From assembly GCA_044892525.1 (NCBI GenBank), contig CM097885.1, forward strand, positions 28,026,001-28,090,000: a stretch of 64,000 nt of DNA, given 5' to 3'. The position numbers were made by a program, and so were the translations under genes. Below are positions 26,014 to 55,215 of the stretch, piece after piece. A model generated the notes under the pieces. The model saw only the letters and a list, made by a program, of their open reading frames with translations. It had not been told where the DNA came from and searched no databases. The DNA is from Schmidtea polychroa. Lineage: Eukaryota. Position 1 is the first letter of the stretch, and each line of letters starts with the position of its first letter.

Positions 26014-26613
26014 TTATGGGTTGAAAATATCTGTTTTTACTCGTAAGTCATGAGGACATTGTTGTGTGAAATCAAGAAATATATACCCATGCGGTATTTT
26101 CGTAGCATTTTGAAATGCATTGATAAGAAAATTACGATTATTAGGGTATGCTTGTCGTCCAAGACAATCAATGACAGTTGCATCTCTAGGAATCTTGAAA
26201 ATAACTAAATATTGTACATTTAAATTACGTGTTCGATGTGCACTACCTTGATGAAATAGATTTTGTGTTATGAAAATAACTGTTACACCAACATCTCTGC
26301 TGATTTTTGTGAATAAATTATTAAAATCTTTTTCTTTATTGGCTTCTTGATACAAATCATCGATAATGATGACATCATCTTTCTTCAAACGACTTGACCA
26401 GTTTTTATCAAATCCCTTTACTATTTTCATGTTTTTCAACTGACAGAAACTTGATTGCGTCAATCCATATTCTTCGTCGGCGCCCCTATGCCAATAAATA
26501 TTGTTGAATTTTGTTTTGAACAAATTTGATTTTAGTAATTTACAAACAAATAATGTTTTTCCGCTACCCCTTGGACCAACGATTTGGTATACTGCATCAT
26601 TTCGTAATTCCAT
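26014..26613 (-). CDS. A32/FtsK-like DNA packaging ATPase of Polinton type
   Basis: Walker A GPRGSGKT, Walker B IIIDDL, then LFTKISR, IFITQNLF, RTRNLNVQY, FKIPRD and GYIFLD. Confidence 0.9.
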   Translation of the reverse strand: MELRNDAVYQIVGPRGSGKTLFVCKLLKSNLFKTKFNNIYWHRGADEEYGLTQSSFCQLKNMKIVKGFDKNWSSRLKKDDVIIIDDLYQEANKEKDFNNLFTKISRDVGVTVIFITQNLFHQGSAHRTRNLNVQYLVIFKIPRDATVIDCLGRQAYPNNRNFLINAFQNATKIPHGYIFLDFTQQCPHDLRVKTDIFNP

Positions 26614-26677
26614 TTTTTAAATTTAAACTATATAATTATTGTTTATATTGATAATTTAAATGAAATCCGTTTTAAAA

Positions 26678-26811
<134 letters not shown>

Positions 26812-26823
26812 TGTTTCATTAAA

Positions 26824-27288
26824 ATGCTTTCAACTATAAATTACAGGGCAAAAGCTGATGTATCAAAAATGGTATTTCTAATGGGGTAACCACAAAAACC
26901 TATCAATAGAAGTAAAAAATATCCAATAATATATTTCAAAACTGGTAAATGTAGAATTATGGGGTGTAAGGAAATAATCAAAGCTAGTGAATATAATGTT
27001 TATGATTTAGAAATACAATCGATAACCGTAACTTCCGATATGGGATTTACTTGTTACTTAAATAAATTGGCTAAATTAATACCATGCTTTAACCAACCAG
27101 AATTATGTCCAGCTTTGAGATATATAAAATATAACCCTGTGTGTGTAAATATATTCGCTAGCGGTAAAATAGTAAATCTTGGACTAAAAAATATTGATTA
27201 CGAATGTATAGTTGATAATATCATATCTGAAATTAAATCAATAATTGAAGGAAAAGAATTTTTAGATTTTTTATTATCACTTAATTAA
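26824..27288 (+). pseudogene. Compact TATA-binding-protein-like gene of the element (one in-frame stop)
   Basis: ATG 26824 in frame with ORF 26959; TAA at 26887-26889; TBP repeat motifs IYFKTGKCRIMGCK and QPELCPALRY...VNIFASGKIVNLG. Confidence 0.8.
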
Positions 27289-27535
27289 TTATTTATCATT
27301 GCAAATTCAGTGCAATTGAAATGCATAATTCTGATTGGTCGAAATCTAATTGGCTGATGATTATTTATAACAAAATGTTTTGGGTTTAGTTATCATTTTT
27401 AAATCACGTACAATATTCAAAGTTCAGCTATAGCACCGATTAAAAAGAACATGAACATTATGGTAAATTTTAATATTAATTGTATTTATCATATTATTAT
27501 TTACAGATTAATATCATGCAATAATACTGGAAAGA

Positions 27536-27811
27536 TTGTATTTTTATTACCCGCAAATGTATGATATTCTCAAAGATCGAGATGTTGCAATAATCCCAGA
27601 TTTAATTTACAATGAAACCAGAATCTGGATTTTCAATATTATCAATACATTTCTCTGGGATGTGAAGATTGGAAGAACAATGAAGGAAGTGGAAGCATAC
27701 CCTTGCATTTTGGGATGTAGCTGTTGCAATTTCCGCTACCAGAGATATGTCGAATGGTATTTCGTAAAGACACTTCGTAATTATCATTTTTGTCAAATTT
27801 TATCCAAATAA
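27536..27811 (+). pseudogene. Unknown small element gene (Cys cluster), probably spliced and disrupted
   Basis: Upstream ATTGG boxes (27334, 27349), TATA-like 27364, candidate GT-AG intron 27463-27506; ORF contains CILGCSCC. Confidence 0.35.
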
Positions 27812-27868
27812 ATTTTTAACTATTTTTAGTTTTGTCTTTTTTAGTAAATAGTAATAGAAATATAAATA

Positions 27869-27984
<116 letters not shown>

Positions 27985-28157
27985 TAGTTTGAAAATAATA
28001 AAAACATTAATAATAATATGACACAAATAACATATGACAATGCAACATCAATGGATTTTGAATGCAATTAAAACAAAGACATACTGCAATTTGATTGGTT
28101 TATAAACAATAGTCATAGGTATAAAAACCCTGTATCATTACAATTCAATCATAAGTC

Positions 28158-28518
28158 ATGATGACCAAGAAAATATCAAGCACTGAAAAACCAAAGGTTG
28201 TTGTTGCTGAATTTGTACAACTGTTCAAATGTTCCACAACTATAAAATGCATTTTTTAAAGAAGAAATCAATATGAAATTGGTGTCACCGATCAAGCTAA
28301 TTCTGACTAAATTTCAATTCTTATCCGGCACACTTTCAATGATAGATGTTAAATCTATTGATGATGTTTTCAAACGGTTGAATACGAATCTATCATGTAA
28401 TCAACATGCACGGTTCAACAACCGATATGCAAGATATTATGATTCCTTTGATGAAATCGGCTTCAAAGAAAACGAAAATTGGTATATAACCATTTCAATC
28501 CAAGGATATAAAGTTTAA
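28158..28518 (+). pseudogene. Unknown small element gene, frameshifted
   Basis: ATTGG 28094, TATAAAAA 28120, ATG 28158, ORF 28273-28518 and downstream AATAAA. Confidence 0.3.
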
Positions 28519-28945
28519 AATAATGATGTGTATTTCTAAAATTATGTTTGCTAGACTTTCACACCTATTTTAATAAATGTTGATATATTTAATGTATTTA
28601 TTAATTGTATTTACTCGTATTTGTTTTTTCACCTATTTAACAATGAAAATGCACCATCAGTTCAAAACAAAGACATTTTTAAACAAATATACATTATAGT
28701 TTTAAAGTTTTATAGTTAGGAAGTTGAAGAAACCAATGATAGTCAAGAAACTGATGACCCCCAAGAAATTGATAAACCTATATTAATGAAGCTAAAGATT
28801 TGGAAAATATTACAAATGATTGTATAGATCATGTCATCGAAAATGTTATGAAATGTGGAGATGACGATTGCGAATGTGGTAATTAATAAATTTTAGTTAA
28901 TTATTTCTTGTAAATTTATTTTAAAAATAAAACAAAGTAAGTACA

Positions 28946-29441
28946 TTAATTTTTATTCAAAAATCGACAAATGATATACAAGATAGCAACACCTGTTGGA
29001 AGTTTAATATAGTTTTTAAACTTTATTTTGTGCTCGTCGATTTCTTTGGCATTTCGGGCGAGTTGATTCGATACTCCCCATCCGCCATTGGCATAGATCC
29101 AATGAATATTATTAAAATATAGATTATAAAATAAATGACTTCTTGAGACCACTGGTAGTAATGTTCTGAGTCCCATAAAATTTTTTGATGATAATTTTCA
29201 TATAAGTGAATCCTACAATTATTCGGGTCCACTTCATTTCTTCGTTGAATAGGCAATTGAAGATTCGAATTAAATAAAACTTCTTTGTTTCAAGGCATTC
29301 CATATCCATCATGTTCTGGTAGTCGATATGGTTGCCTTTAATAATTCGTTCAGTCCGATTGATTAGGAAACTGAGGCTTTCCGTAATGTTTTTGTTGACG
29401 ATCTATTTTAGTAAGTTGTCAATGAAATTAGGTTTTGACAT
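28946..29441 (-). pseudogene. Bcl-2-family-like gene of the element
   Basis: BH1-like LFNEEMKWTRIIVGFTY, BH2-like HWIYANGGW, hydrophobic tail GVAILYIICRFLNKN; one TAG (29403-29405) and a 1-nt frameshift near 29130; upstream TATA (29471-29477) and CCAAT (29506-29510). Confidence 0.65.
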
Positions 29442-29782
29442 TTTTACAGTAATTTAAAATATAAAGTTTTATTTATACTACAGAATTGTGTGCCATATGA
29501 TTCTGATTGGTTGATAGACTATATGAGTTTTGTTACAATATTTCTATTGATACCCTTGTGATCAGTACCCTTGCGAGCAGTACCCTTAAGGGGACAGAAT
29601 ATCTTGTCGGATAAACTCAGAGTATCACCGTGCGCGTAATAGTAGTTATATGGTTTATATCGATGGTACAATAATTTGGGAATTCAAATTTAAAATTTTT
29701 TAAATATTTGACCTCAGATTGACCTTAAAATTTGACCTAAAAACAGCCCCTCCCCGGGGGTATGATGTAATATGTTTTCGTT

Positions 29783-29836
29783 ACGTCATCGATGACGCCA
29801 TATGTCTTTGTTCCCGGCTCCACATGTTACCCTACT
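29783..29836 (-). repeat. Polinton-type terminal inverted repeat (right end)
   Basis: Reverse complement AGTAGGGTAACATGTGGAGCCGGGAACAAAGACATATGGCGTCATCGATGACG, nearly the same as both ends of 3471-3723. Confidence 0.85.
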
Positions 29837-30290
29837 CAAATCATTGTTAGGTATCCTGAAAGTCAAATACCTATTACGTACTGTAACTTGAAAAAGACAA
29901 TATTATATTTTTTATTTTAATAAGATGTTTTAAATTTAATAATTTTCTGCGTGAGCTTCAGAAATCTAAAGATGTCAAAGTAACCCGTGGCATGGTTTGA
30001 TCTGTCCCGATCACCGACTCATTTGAAGTTGCCGCCGGGATCAATACTTGCCGAATGATAGGATCACATGAACATAACGGAACGAATTTCCAATTACTAA
30101 TTAGATAGAAAAGGATTATTATATTATCAGAAATTCTTTGAAAATTATTTACAGAAAAGTTTTACAATTGAAACTTGTTTAATTATATAATTTACAATAT
30201 ATAATTTACCAACAAGCCATGAATAATAATAATAAATAATAATAATTAATAATAAATGTTAATAATAAATAATGATAAATAATAATAATA

Positions 30291-30347
<57 letters not shown>

Positions 30348-33300
30348 TGCAGCATTTATAATCATAAAATATTGTCAGTCAAAATATATAAATAACATCA
30401 CATTCAGAGGACCTAAAAGAACAATAAATAATTTGAAAATTAATAAAACAAATAATGTAATCTAAATCAGTGTAGTTCTACAATACACGGTCACCATAAT
30501 TTTACTAAAAAGAGTAAAAATAACAACTTATAACTAGAAAAATTAGTCAAATAAAAGCTTAATAATAATTTATCACAAAATTGTCATTATGGATCATTGT
30601 TGTACTACAACAATTTTTTTTAATATATACAACAAATAATTACATTTGCACATACAATACACATGCAATGCACGTACAATACACATGCAATGCACATACA
30701 ATGCATAAACCAACTGAAGAAATGATTGAAATGGACTTGCATACGCTTCATTCTGAGATTACAATACAAAAAAACTGAATTTCATTTTTGAAACTTCAGC
30801 TTTTAACCATTGAGCAATTACTGTCAGACCTTAAAAATAAAATTAATTAAAAAATATATTTTTATATAAATGTTTCTTTTAAAATATTTAATCAAAGTGG
30901 GATTTTTAACAACTTCAAAACCATTTTGTAATCTCAGCCGTCATAAATGGCAGTTGGCAGAGTAACTCAGTTTTTTTCTGTAACATTACTATAAACAAAA
31001 TGAAAAACTATTATATTGCTGAATTGTATTGAGTCCTTTAGTATAGAGTTATTCACCAGAAATAAATTAATTACAAATTATTTATATTGTTCGATGGAAT
31101 TGGGATGAAACTCACGACTCAAATCAAAGCCTGTTATTCTGGAGTCTATGCATTTCTTGCATTGTTTTTGCGTGTCTTTCAATTGTATAATGTGATAAAA
31201 GTTATTACCAGTATATGCATGACAATTGCGTACATTTTATGTTTCGTATATAAGCATGTTTTATCGTGCATTTTCTTTTTCACATTCTCTTTTGTCCTCA
31301 TTGTGTTGCGTGTGAATTGATTTCTGTGGCCTGTGTAAAGTGATAGTAATGTAAAATTGTATTTGAAAACAAAAGATTTGATAATAAGTTTTTCTAATAT
31401 AAATTCTTTTTCTTCAAATTCAAATATTCATGTAGTCGCCACACGGTCGCCAAGATCCGTCGCTTTTATGTATCATGTGTAAAGCCGATGCCCATGGTGG
31501 ATTTAAGAAAATCTGAACCAATTATTGGCGGTGTAACTTGCACTACGGAAAAGATTCAAACCAAATCATTTGAAATTAGTGGAAGTTTGAAGCGAATTCG
31601 TATTTGGCTATATACGGAGACTGAAAAACCATGTGCCACAGACAACTCGCTCTGAATGACTGAAAATCTTTTAAATAAATTAACGGGTAACACATACAAG
31701 CAAGAAAAAGAGTCCAGTGATGAATTTGTTTTTGGCATTTGTTATGAAAAGCAGTATTTCGACATAATTTTTTCCTGGAAATTAATTGTCTTTTTTCTGA
31801 ATTAATAATTGTAAATTTTAATGAATTAACAAAGCTATCCTAGTCGAAATTATAATCATAAGTCATATGCAATTAGAAAACTCAACAATTTGTCAATCCA
31901 TGAAAACGATTTAAATTCATCAAATAAAGTGATTTCGACATCAAAACGAAAACCAATTATTGTCAAACGAGGTGGACACTTTTTGTCGGTAAAGAGAAAT
32001 TGTTGGTGTAAGTTAAACAGATCAAAAATTTATTAGTCACGAGGAATTTATATAGTCGAAGTAAATTTCTTTATCGATCCGATTGGTTGAATTCAAAATA
32101 TTTCGTTAGGGGAATTTTTGCAGAATTTTCTATTTGCCATGCGGAACAACGTTTTAATTCAAGGAAAGTCATTATTAAAAGAAAACAACCTGTCAAAAAG
32201 TATTGCTTATCACGATTTTCAAATTAGTGAACCTCTAACAGCATCTATAAATTGTGATTTCATGGGAAATATCTCACAATGTACAGATATTCGCATTAAC
32301 ATATATTTTGATCAAATATTTGACTAATCATTTAATATATTTGAAAATTGTGAAATAGATATAAAGAAAATGCGCCAGTTTTAGGTTCATATCAAATCAC
32401 AAAATATCCTTGCAACTTCATTGCAGGAGGTATCTGATCATTCGACAACACTAAGAAGTGCAAATGGAACAAACACGTGGCGTCATTTCCGTAGTTAATA
32501 TGTTCTAACAATTGTAATATCAGTTATATAAATTTCAAGTTCCTAATCACAAGGGATTGTATACCGGTAAACCGGTAAATTAGCAAAAAAACGCTCGGTA
32601 AATTTACCGGTAAATTCGGTAACTTAAAAATCCTTGATAGAAATTTTTATTCTGATATTTCCAATAGTGAATATGATCATGTTTATATATATATCAAGAA
32701 CCAAATGAATCTTTTCAACTTGTTCTGCAAAATCCTGATATAAATTGTTTAATAACAAAAATACGGCAGATAGTAAAACTTTATAGAAAATCGGTATCCA
32801 AAAATAATTTATTACAAAAATATGTAAAAGAAATCATTGGGAAGAGCTTTGTTTAATTCTAGATTGTAAATTCAGGTAGAATAGTTTATTAAATATGTTG
32901 GTTAGTAACCACCTACGCTGAAATGATGTGCATAACTAATCGTGTGATATTTGCTAAGTTAACAGTTTTATCAACAAGTTATATATTGTATGGCGCCAAA
33001 CTTATATAAGTAAATTGTTTTGGACGAGTTCACTAAGCTCGCATGTTGATTAATCAGCATCTGAAGTGGTTAATGAAGCAGCTAGATGAAAATACATATT
33101 ATTTAATTACAGACAGATTTAAAGCTTTTTTATGCAATAAAAATTCCTTTTCATATTATTTATGATTTTTTTAAAAAACTGAATTTTAATTATCCAGTAA
33201 GAGTTTTCTGACATTTAAAGATAAAATTTCCCAATTTATTAGCAATAGTTTCAATCAAATTAAAAATGGAATCAAACTTTCTTAACACAAAATTTATTAA

Positions 33301-34199
33301 TTTTAAATTTTAATGAAAATTTATTAATCAACTGAAAGCATGAGCCAATAACTGGCTGGTAAATGCCGCATTACGTTCAGAGGCGAATATTAAAATGTCA
33401 ATGCAAATGAAAAGGTATCACATTTCCCGATCAATGTTAAAATTAAATAAAAATTAAAATAGATCTTATTAAAATTATTTTTTATTAAAAATTTAATTCA
33501 ACTTATTTTGCTAACGGGTTTGTTTCTTTAAATTTCAATTCAAAAAAGAAATAAAGCAGGCGTCAATTAGATCCTTGGTTCGTTTTCAGCTGTGACACTC
33601 GATATCAAATGCCTTCTCAATAATCTATGATGCATCAGTTCTGGAAAATAGTTATCGGCCAAATCATCAAGAGCTGCTGGCACATTACCTACTAATACGA
33701 ATTTGAGAGCCAGTATTTTAACGTGAATACGCAGATTAGCATCATCCAGATAAGAATCTGCTTAAAGAAAATTTTGAAATTTGCTCTTAATACACGCCAA
33801 GATTGAAGAAGCATCCTAGTAGCTTAGCTTCCTAGAATACGGTGTAATTGGGCCACATTACAATTGGGTTTAATCTTTTACGCCAAGTAATTTAGCTCTG
33901 TCTACGCTGTTTTCACATATAAGCTGCACACTTATGTCAGCACACTTTTATCAAGTTACCAAAATAATTAATATTTCATTGAAAGATGAGGTTTATAAAA
34001 AATGGACGTTTCTGAATTCATTTAATAAAACCAGTTGAACAAGTATTCAAGCCAAAGATTTTTATTGAATGGATAGAAAATAAATAAAAACAAATCGAAG
34101 AAAATAATAACAGTGATAGAATATTTAAAGTATGAGAAAGATATTAGAAATAAAACGATAACAGATATGAAGAAAGATTATTTAGTAGCCATGATAGAA

Positions 34200-35094
34200 G
34201 GTTTGAAGTGGAGAAAGGAAAGTCTACAATCAAAGACACTGAGTTTGTGAAACCTCTTAAAAAAGGGCCAGAGACTTGCTGTTGATACAACGCACTATGG
34301 CAACTCAATGTTCTTCAGCATAATCGATTGTGAAACAAGCAGATTCTCAATCTGACAGATGTTGGAATCGGAAAATGAAATAGAAGTTTGTGGTCATCCT
34401 CAATCGATATTTTTCGAGCATGGAGTTCCGTTCGATATACTCTTGAACAACAGTAGAACGTTCCACTCTAACAAAATAAGAAAGCTGTGCGAGCTGTTCT
34501 GTGTAAAGATGATTTACCAAAATCCCTAAAGAGTCTATATTATAGACCATCGAGAAATGGTACTGTGAATAGAGTCCACCGAACAGTTAAAAGAATGATG
34601 GCACGGGTCGGGGGTGACGTGGAGAAGGTAGTATTTTTGTACAATTCTCGTCCGACGAGTGATATTATTATTAATTCCGTTCCAGCAAATCTTCAATCAT
34701 AACATGTTTGGCGATATCCTTTCGAGTTTCCAAGCCCATCTACTTTACAGTCTGTGAAATCTAAATTTAAGACAAACCGATAGATTTTACGTAAAGTCTG
34801 GAGAAGCTAGATATTTTACACCACGGAAACTTATAATTGTGACCTAGCGTAAACTCTGAAAGGTCAATAACCACAGGTGGGATAAATCGACATGTATCGG
34901 ACATTAGATTGGCCTCGGAGAATGTGAATGAAGACAGAGTGGACAGTTGTTCTTTTGAGGAAAGCGAAAACGAGAGTGAAAGTGAGTGCCCACCTTCAGG
35001 ACCAATAATACATGATCTTGAAAGGCACGAATTGCGAAGGCCTGATCGAATTCGAAAATCTCCAAACTGGTCGGATGATTACGTTCGAGCTTGA
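34200..35094 (+). mobile_element. Decayed gypsy integrase region
   Basis: QRLAVDTTHY...IIDCETSRF, YRPSRNGTVNRVHRTVKRM...YNSRP and terminal LRRPDRIRKSPNW. Confidence 0.7.
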
Positions 35095-35573
35095 GCTCTG
35101 GCGAAGATGTAACTGTTTAAAGAATTTTGTTTAAATAATCAGTTGAACTTGCATGTTTCAATGTAAGATTTAAAAAGTAAAAGAATTGATTTAATAAGCT
35201 TTATTATCTAGTTCTTTCAAAATAAAATAACAGTTAGTAAAATGAAACATAGTTAAATTTTTAGACAATCAATTAAACATTAAAATTTTATAAATAGAAT
35301 AATTTTAATATATAATAAACTAATTAAGAATATGTTGTATTGAATGACTGTTGAATATTGAAGATCAATTAATCATATATATATATATATATCAGAAAGT
35401 ATTTCAGAAACGACAAGACTGACAGGAAAAAAATACACATAAATAATGTTATTTTTCCTACAACACATTTATGGAAAATACGCGTAGAAGAAGCGATTCA
35501 AATTAGTTAAAGTGAGATAGAGCTAATTAAGAAAGTAAATTTGTAAAATGAAAAATATTATTTACCATTAGAT

Positions 35574-51178
<15,605 letters not shown>

Positions 51179-53478
51179 CTAAGTTTAGGTATACCCATAA
51201 ATAAAATATTAGATAATAGCTAAAAAAACTGTTCAAAAATAGTGGGAAAAAACATGTAAAAGATAAATAAATAAGAATTTAACAATAAAAAGACAATGCT
51301 TAAATGAACATCAATATAGACAATTTTAATCATATAGCAAATGAAAATGTGCTTTAAAAAAATTTAGAATACTTTGAATTGATTTTATTGAAAGAAGAAT
51401 TTATCTTGGGAAGAAACGCGTGAATAAGAAGTTGAATATATTTACGGATATCAACTTGGTAGATGAAGCGCTGTCAAAATATTTTCCAACGAAATCATAC
51501 AAATAAAGATTTAGTTAAAAAATTAATTTACCATAACTTTTTTTATAGACTAGATTAATATTTTACTTTACTTACTGTGAATTTTAGGCACAGCCTTTAT
51601 AAAAAATGGCTTTGCCGTAAATTTGTGTTAAATAATCTTCCTTCTGTTACCCTTGATTTAATCTCTTTTCTTCGAATTTTCCCTTCTAATATATCGTCCC
51701 CTATTTTACTTTCTTTCACTCTACTTTATCTTAAACTTAATTCTATATAATAAATTAATTGGCTATTAATTTTTATATAGGATTTATTATTCAGTAGGAA
51801 AAGGTTTTCTAAGCAAAGACTTCACTAGGGTTGCCAACTCCCACAACCTCGAACCCGGGAGATTATAAAATTGCGAACAGTATAACGCTTAAGAAAAAAT
51901 ATAACAGGTGTTTTTTCACTTTTTTTGGTTTACACGTGTTAGTGATTTTAACTATATGATGACTAATACCATAAAGATTTAAACAAACAATTGTTTTTAC
52001 ATATCACATTTTACATTTTTTAAATTTTAAAAGTGAATAAAACCTGACAGTGACAGACTAATAACGTGGGTAAGAAGAAAAACATAAAATCGCTTGCCGC
52101 GAACAAACAAATTAAACTTCCGGTGACTGTGAGCAAAAATAAATCATGACTATCATTATTTTAGAGAAATCAAATAAAAGTTAAAACTTCAAAAACTGCA
52201 ATTTTTTCTTGAAAAATTGTAAAATATTGTAAAAACGGAAAGACGGGAGATTTACATCTCCCGGGTCATAGTTAACCGGGAGACGGGAGACGAAAGCCGA
52301 TTCCGGAAGACTCCCGACAAAAACTGGAGAGTTGACATGATCCACATGATTTCTAATCAAAAATAACGACCCAACAACATTGAAATTTTATTTACAATAA
52401 AATTATTCAACAAAACTTTGATTCAATAATCATACAAAGATAGAATTATCCACAAAAATTGCATTTTGAAATTTCATACCTAGGTAAATCTGTTTGTATT
52501 TGGTGATTGATGCCTTTATCTTTTTGTACTCGATCTTGCTTTTATTTAGTCGTTTACCTCTAATTCATACTTATATCTGACAAACTATGGTCAGTTTAAA
52601 TTTCATTTAAAATATAAAATACTCCATTCAAGCTTATATTAACCAAACAAAAACAACATATAAACGATAAAATGTTTGATTAATTATTTTGTGATAAAAA
52701 TAGAAAGGTTGTATATTTGTATTTATAATGTGAAAAATAAACGTGTGAAACTGTGGCTCTCTTATAAAGGTGTTATTAAATCAACATAATAGCTAAGTTT
52801 ATTTTTCTGAGTTTATTTATTCTGAGAATATTTTCCCAATATTTTCTTGATTTTCCTCAAAGGATACGTATTATAAGAAAACTTGGTGTCTTTCTCCATA
52901 AGAGTTGAAGTCTGCTCGTAGAACCTTGTGGTGTGTTTTGAGCAGCTGCTGTTTCCTGAGTCATTTTGATATCATCGAAAGAAGAAATTATATTACTTAA
53001 TTATAGTTTCAGATTAATTCAATGATGGAGGCGAGTGAACATAACTCTTATTAGCATATTCTGATAACATTCATAGAATTTTACTCCTTCCTGTAAATAT
53101 AATATTTTTCATACCTTAACTTAATGCTAATATCAGCTTTCTGACTTTCAATTCTTTATATAGTCCTAGCTAATTAATAGAACGATCCACCATCTTGGTA
53201 TTTCTTTTCTACTTATCCATATCTTCCCAATCTTTTTAAGATGGTAAACCTGTCAGCAGAATACAATATGGTGGCGTAACAATGGGTGAATATTTTTGGA
53301 GAATCCTAAAAAGATTATTCAATAAATTCAAGTAATAACTTGGTTTTGTCTTTCCTTTAGCAAAAAACGACTACCCCTACCACAATAAAGTTTTTCTCGA
53401 ATAAAAGCTAGAATATTCTTGCGGTTTATGTATAAGTTTTACCTCAATTAAACAATCGAGATATCCTTTTCTTTAAAG

Positions 53479-53974
53479 CAGTGTTGTCCAAACTGTGTGC
53501 CGTGGCGGGTGCCCAGGTGTACCGTGAAATTTTTTAAAAAAAAGTCAAAAAACCCTGTTTTTCCAAACAACTTAATAAAAGGAAATTGAATTGTGGATAT
53601 TTTAACAGTTATTTCAAATTTAAATGTTAATCAGTCAATTAAATCAAAGAAGCGGGAACGTATGGTTAACATTGATCAAGAATTAAGAGTTTGTTTGTCA
53701 AAAATTCCACCACGATTGAAACTTGTTTGTTCGGAACATCAAGCACATAAATCTCATTAACTATGTTTTATGAATTTTTCATTCACTAATTTTTCTAAAT
53801 TTAAAATTTTTTACATTAAATTTATATCAAGTAAATAAGTTTTTCATTTCTTATTAAAAGATTAGTAAAAGTGCAATAAAAAATTGAAAATAAAGCAAAA
53901 AAAATTTAGGTGTGCCGCGAAAATTTTTAAATCAACCAAGTGTGCCGTGGCTCAAAAAACTTTGGCCTACACTG
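53479..53974 (+). mobile_element. Buster-type hAT MITE
   Basis: CAGTG...CACTG ends; perfect 8-bp TSD CTTTAAAG; internal IKSKKRER...ELRVCLSKIPPRL remnant. Confidence 0.88.
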
Positions 53975-54539
53975 CTTTAAAGCGTGATTTAAAAAATATC
54001 AGGAGTAGAAAAGATTTGAGAAAATTAAATCGAAAGAAAAAGTTGTATGCGAAATTATGATATTTCATAGTGAATTGATGGAAGTTTCGATTATATACAA
54101 TATGATTTAGTTATTTGTTATATAGAAACTCACTATTTCAATTTATCACATTGCTTGGAGGTGTCTCTGTTATTTATTGAACCAAGGGGAGCTGTATACT
54201 AAAAATCAATTTTGTCAAATTTACACCCAACAAAAAATAAGAAAAACAATAAAATTATTACAATGGTATACACGTTTTTTTGTCGTTGATCTTGCATTCG
54301 TTTTACTTGATTGGGTCTATTTTCTAAGAAAATTATGTCGAACCGTAAAATGTGAAAATTTGTGAAATCGGTTAATTTTTATATTAATAAATCTTCAATA
54401 TATGTCAACAAGTAATTTTTGATACTTTTTTGTCAAGTATCAGAGTAGTGAATAGTAAGGACTCCAACTCACTTTCAAGGTCATGGAATATCAAGATCAA
54501 ATATAGACCAATCGAATCATTTATTTTTTAAATTAACAT

Positions 54540-54900
54540 TTTATTTAATTACTTCTTTTTAATTTTATTAATTAATTATTTTATGATGTTATATTTTAAT
54601 TACTTACTTTAGTTAATTTTTAATTTATTACATTTAATTAATTTATTAGTTTATTAATATTTTATTTTAATTACTTACGCTTTTTAATTATTATTATTAT
54701 TATTATTATTTTTAATTTTATTTAATTACTTCTATTTTTTTTTCTCTTTAATTTTATTAGTTAATTATTTTATGATGTTATACTTTAATTACTTATTTTA
54801 GTTAATTTTTAATTTATTACATTTAATTAATTAATTTGTTTATTAATACTTTATTTTAATTGCCAACGTTATTTAATTATTATTTATTTATTTTTTAATT
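54540..54900. repeat. AT-rich tandem duplication (two units of about 180 bp) downstream of pPolB
   Basis: TTTTATGATGTTATA...TAGTTAATTTTTAATTTATTACATTTAATTAATT occurs twice. Confidence 0.7.
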
Positions 54901-55215
54901 TTACATTATATTCTAACAAGAGCGTAAATTATAACAATAATATTTCAATTTGAATAAAATTTTAATTAGTAATTATTCAATTTGAATAAAATTTTAATTG
55001 GTAATTATCATAAAATAAAGCTGTGTTAATTTAAATAAAATGGGCATTAATTTTTCAAAACAAAGCAAAGTTTTTCATGATAAATAATAATTCTTACTTA
55101 AAACTAATTATCTAAATTAATTGGACAAATGAATTATTAAATGATAAAACATATTTTAATTAACGAAGTCAAATAATTCACAATATATATTTTATTATTC
55201 ACATAAATTTAATTG

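Noticed and set aside
28640..28886. Acidic Cys-containing element ORF as an LxCxE/E1A-like protein
   Set aside because: The frame is broken and no true LxCxE motif is present (MKCGD only).
34200..35094. Integrase as the Polinton integrase
   Set aside because: It lies outside the TIR at 29836 and its motifs fit gypsy retrotransposons.
54444..54470. AGTAGT as a candidate far terminus of the pPolB element
   Set aside because: The following sequence does not resemble the other AGTAG TIRs.
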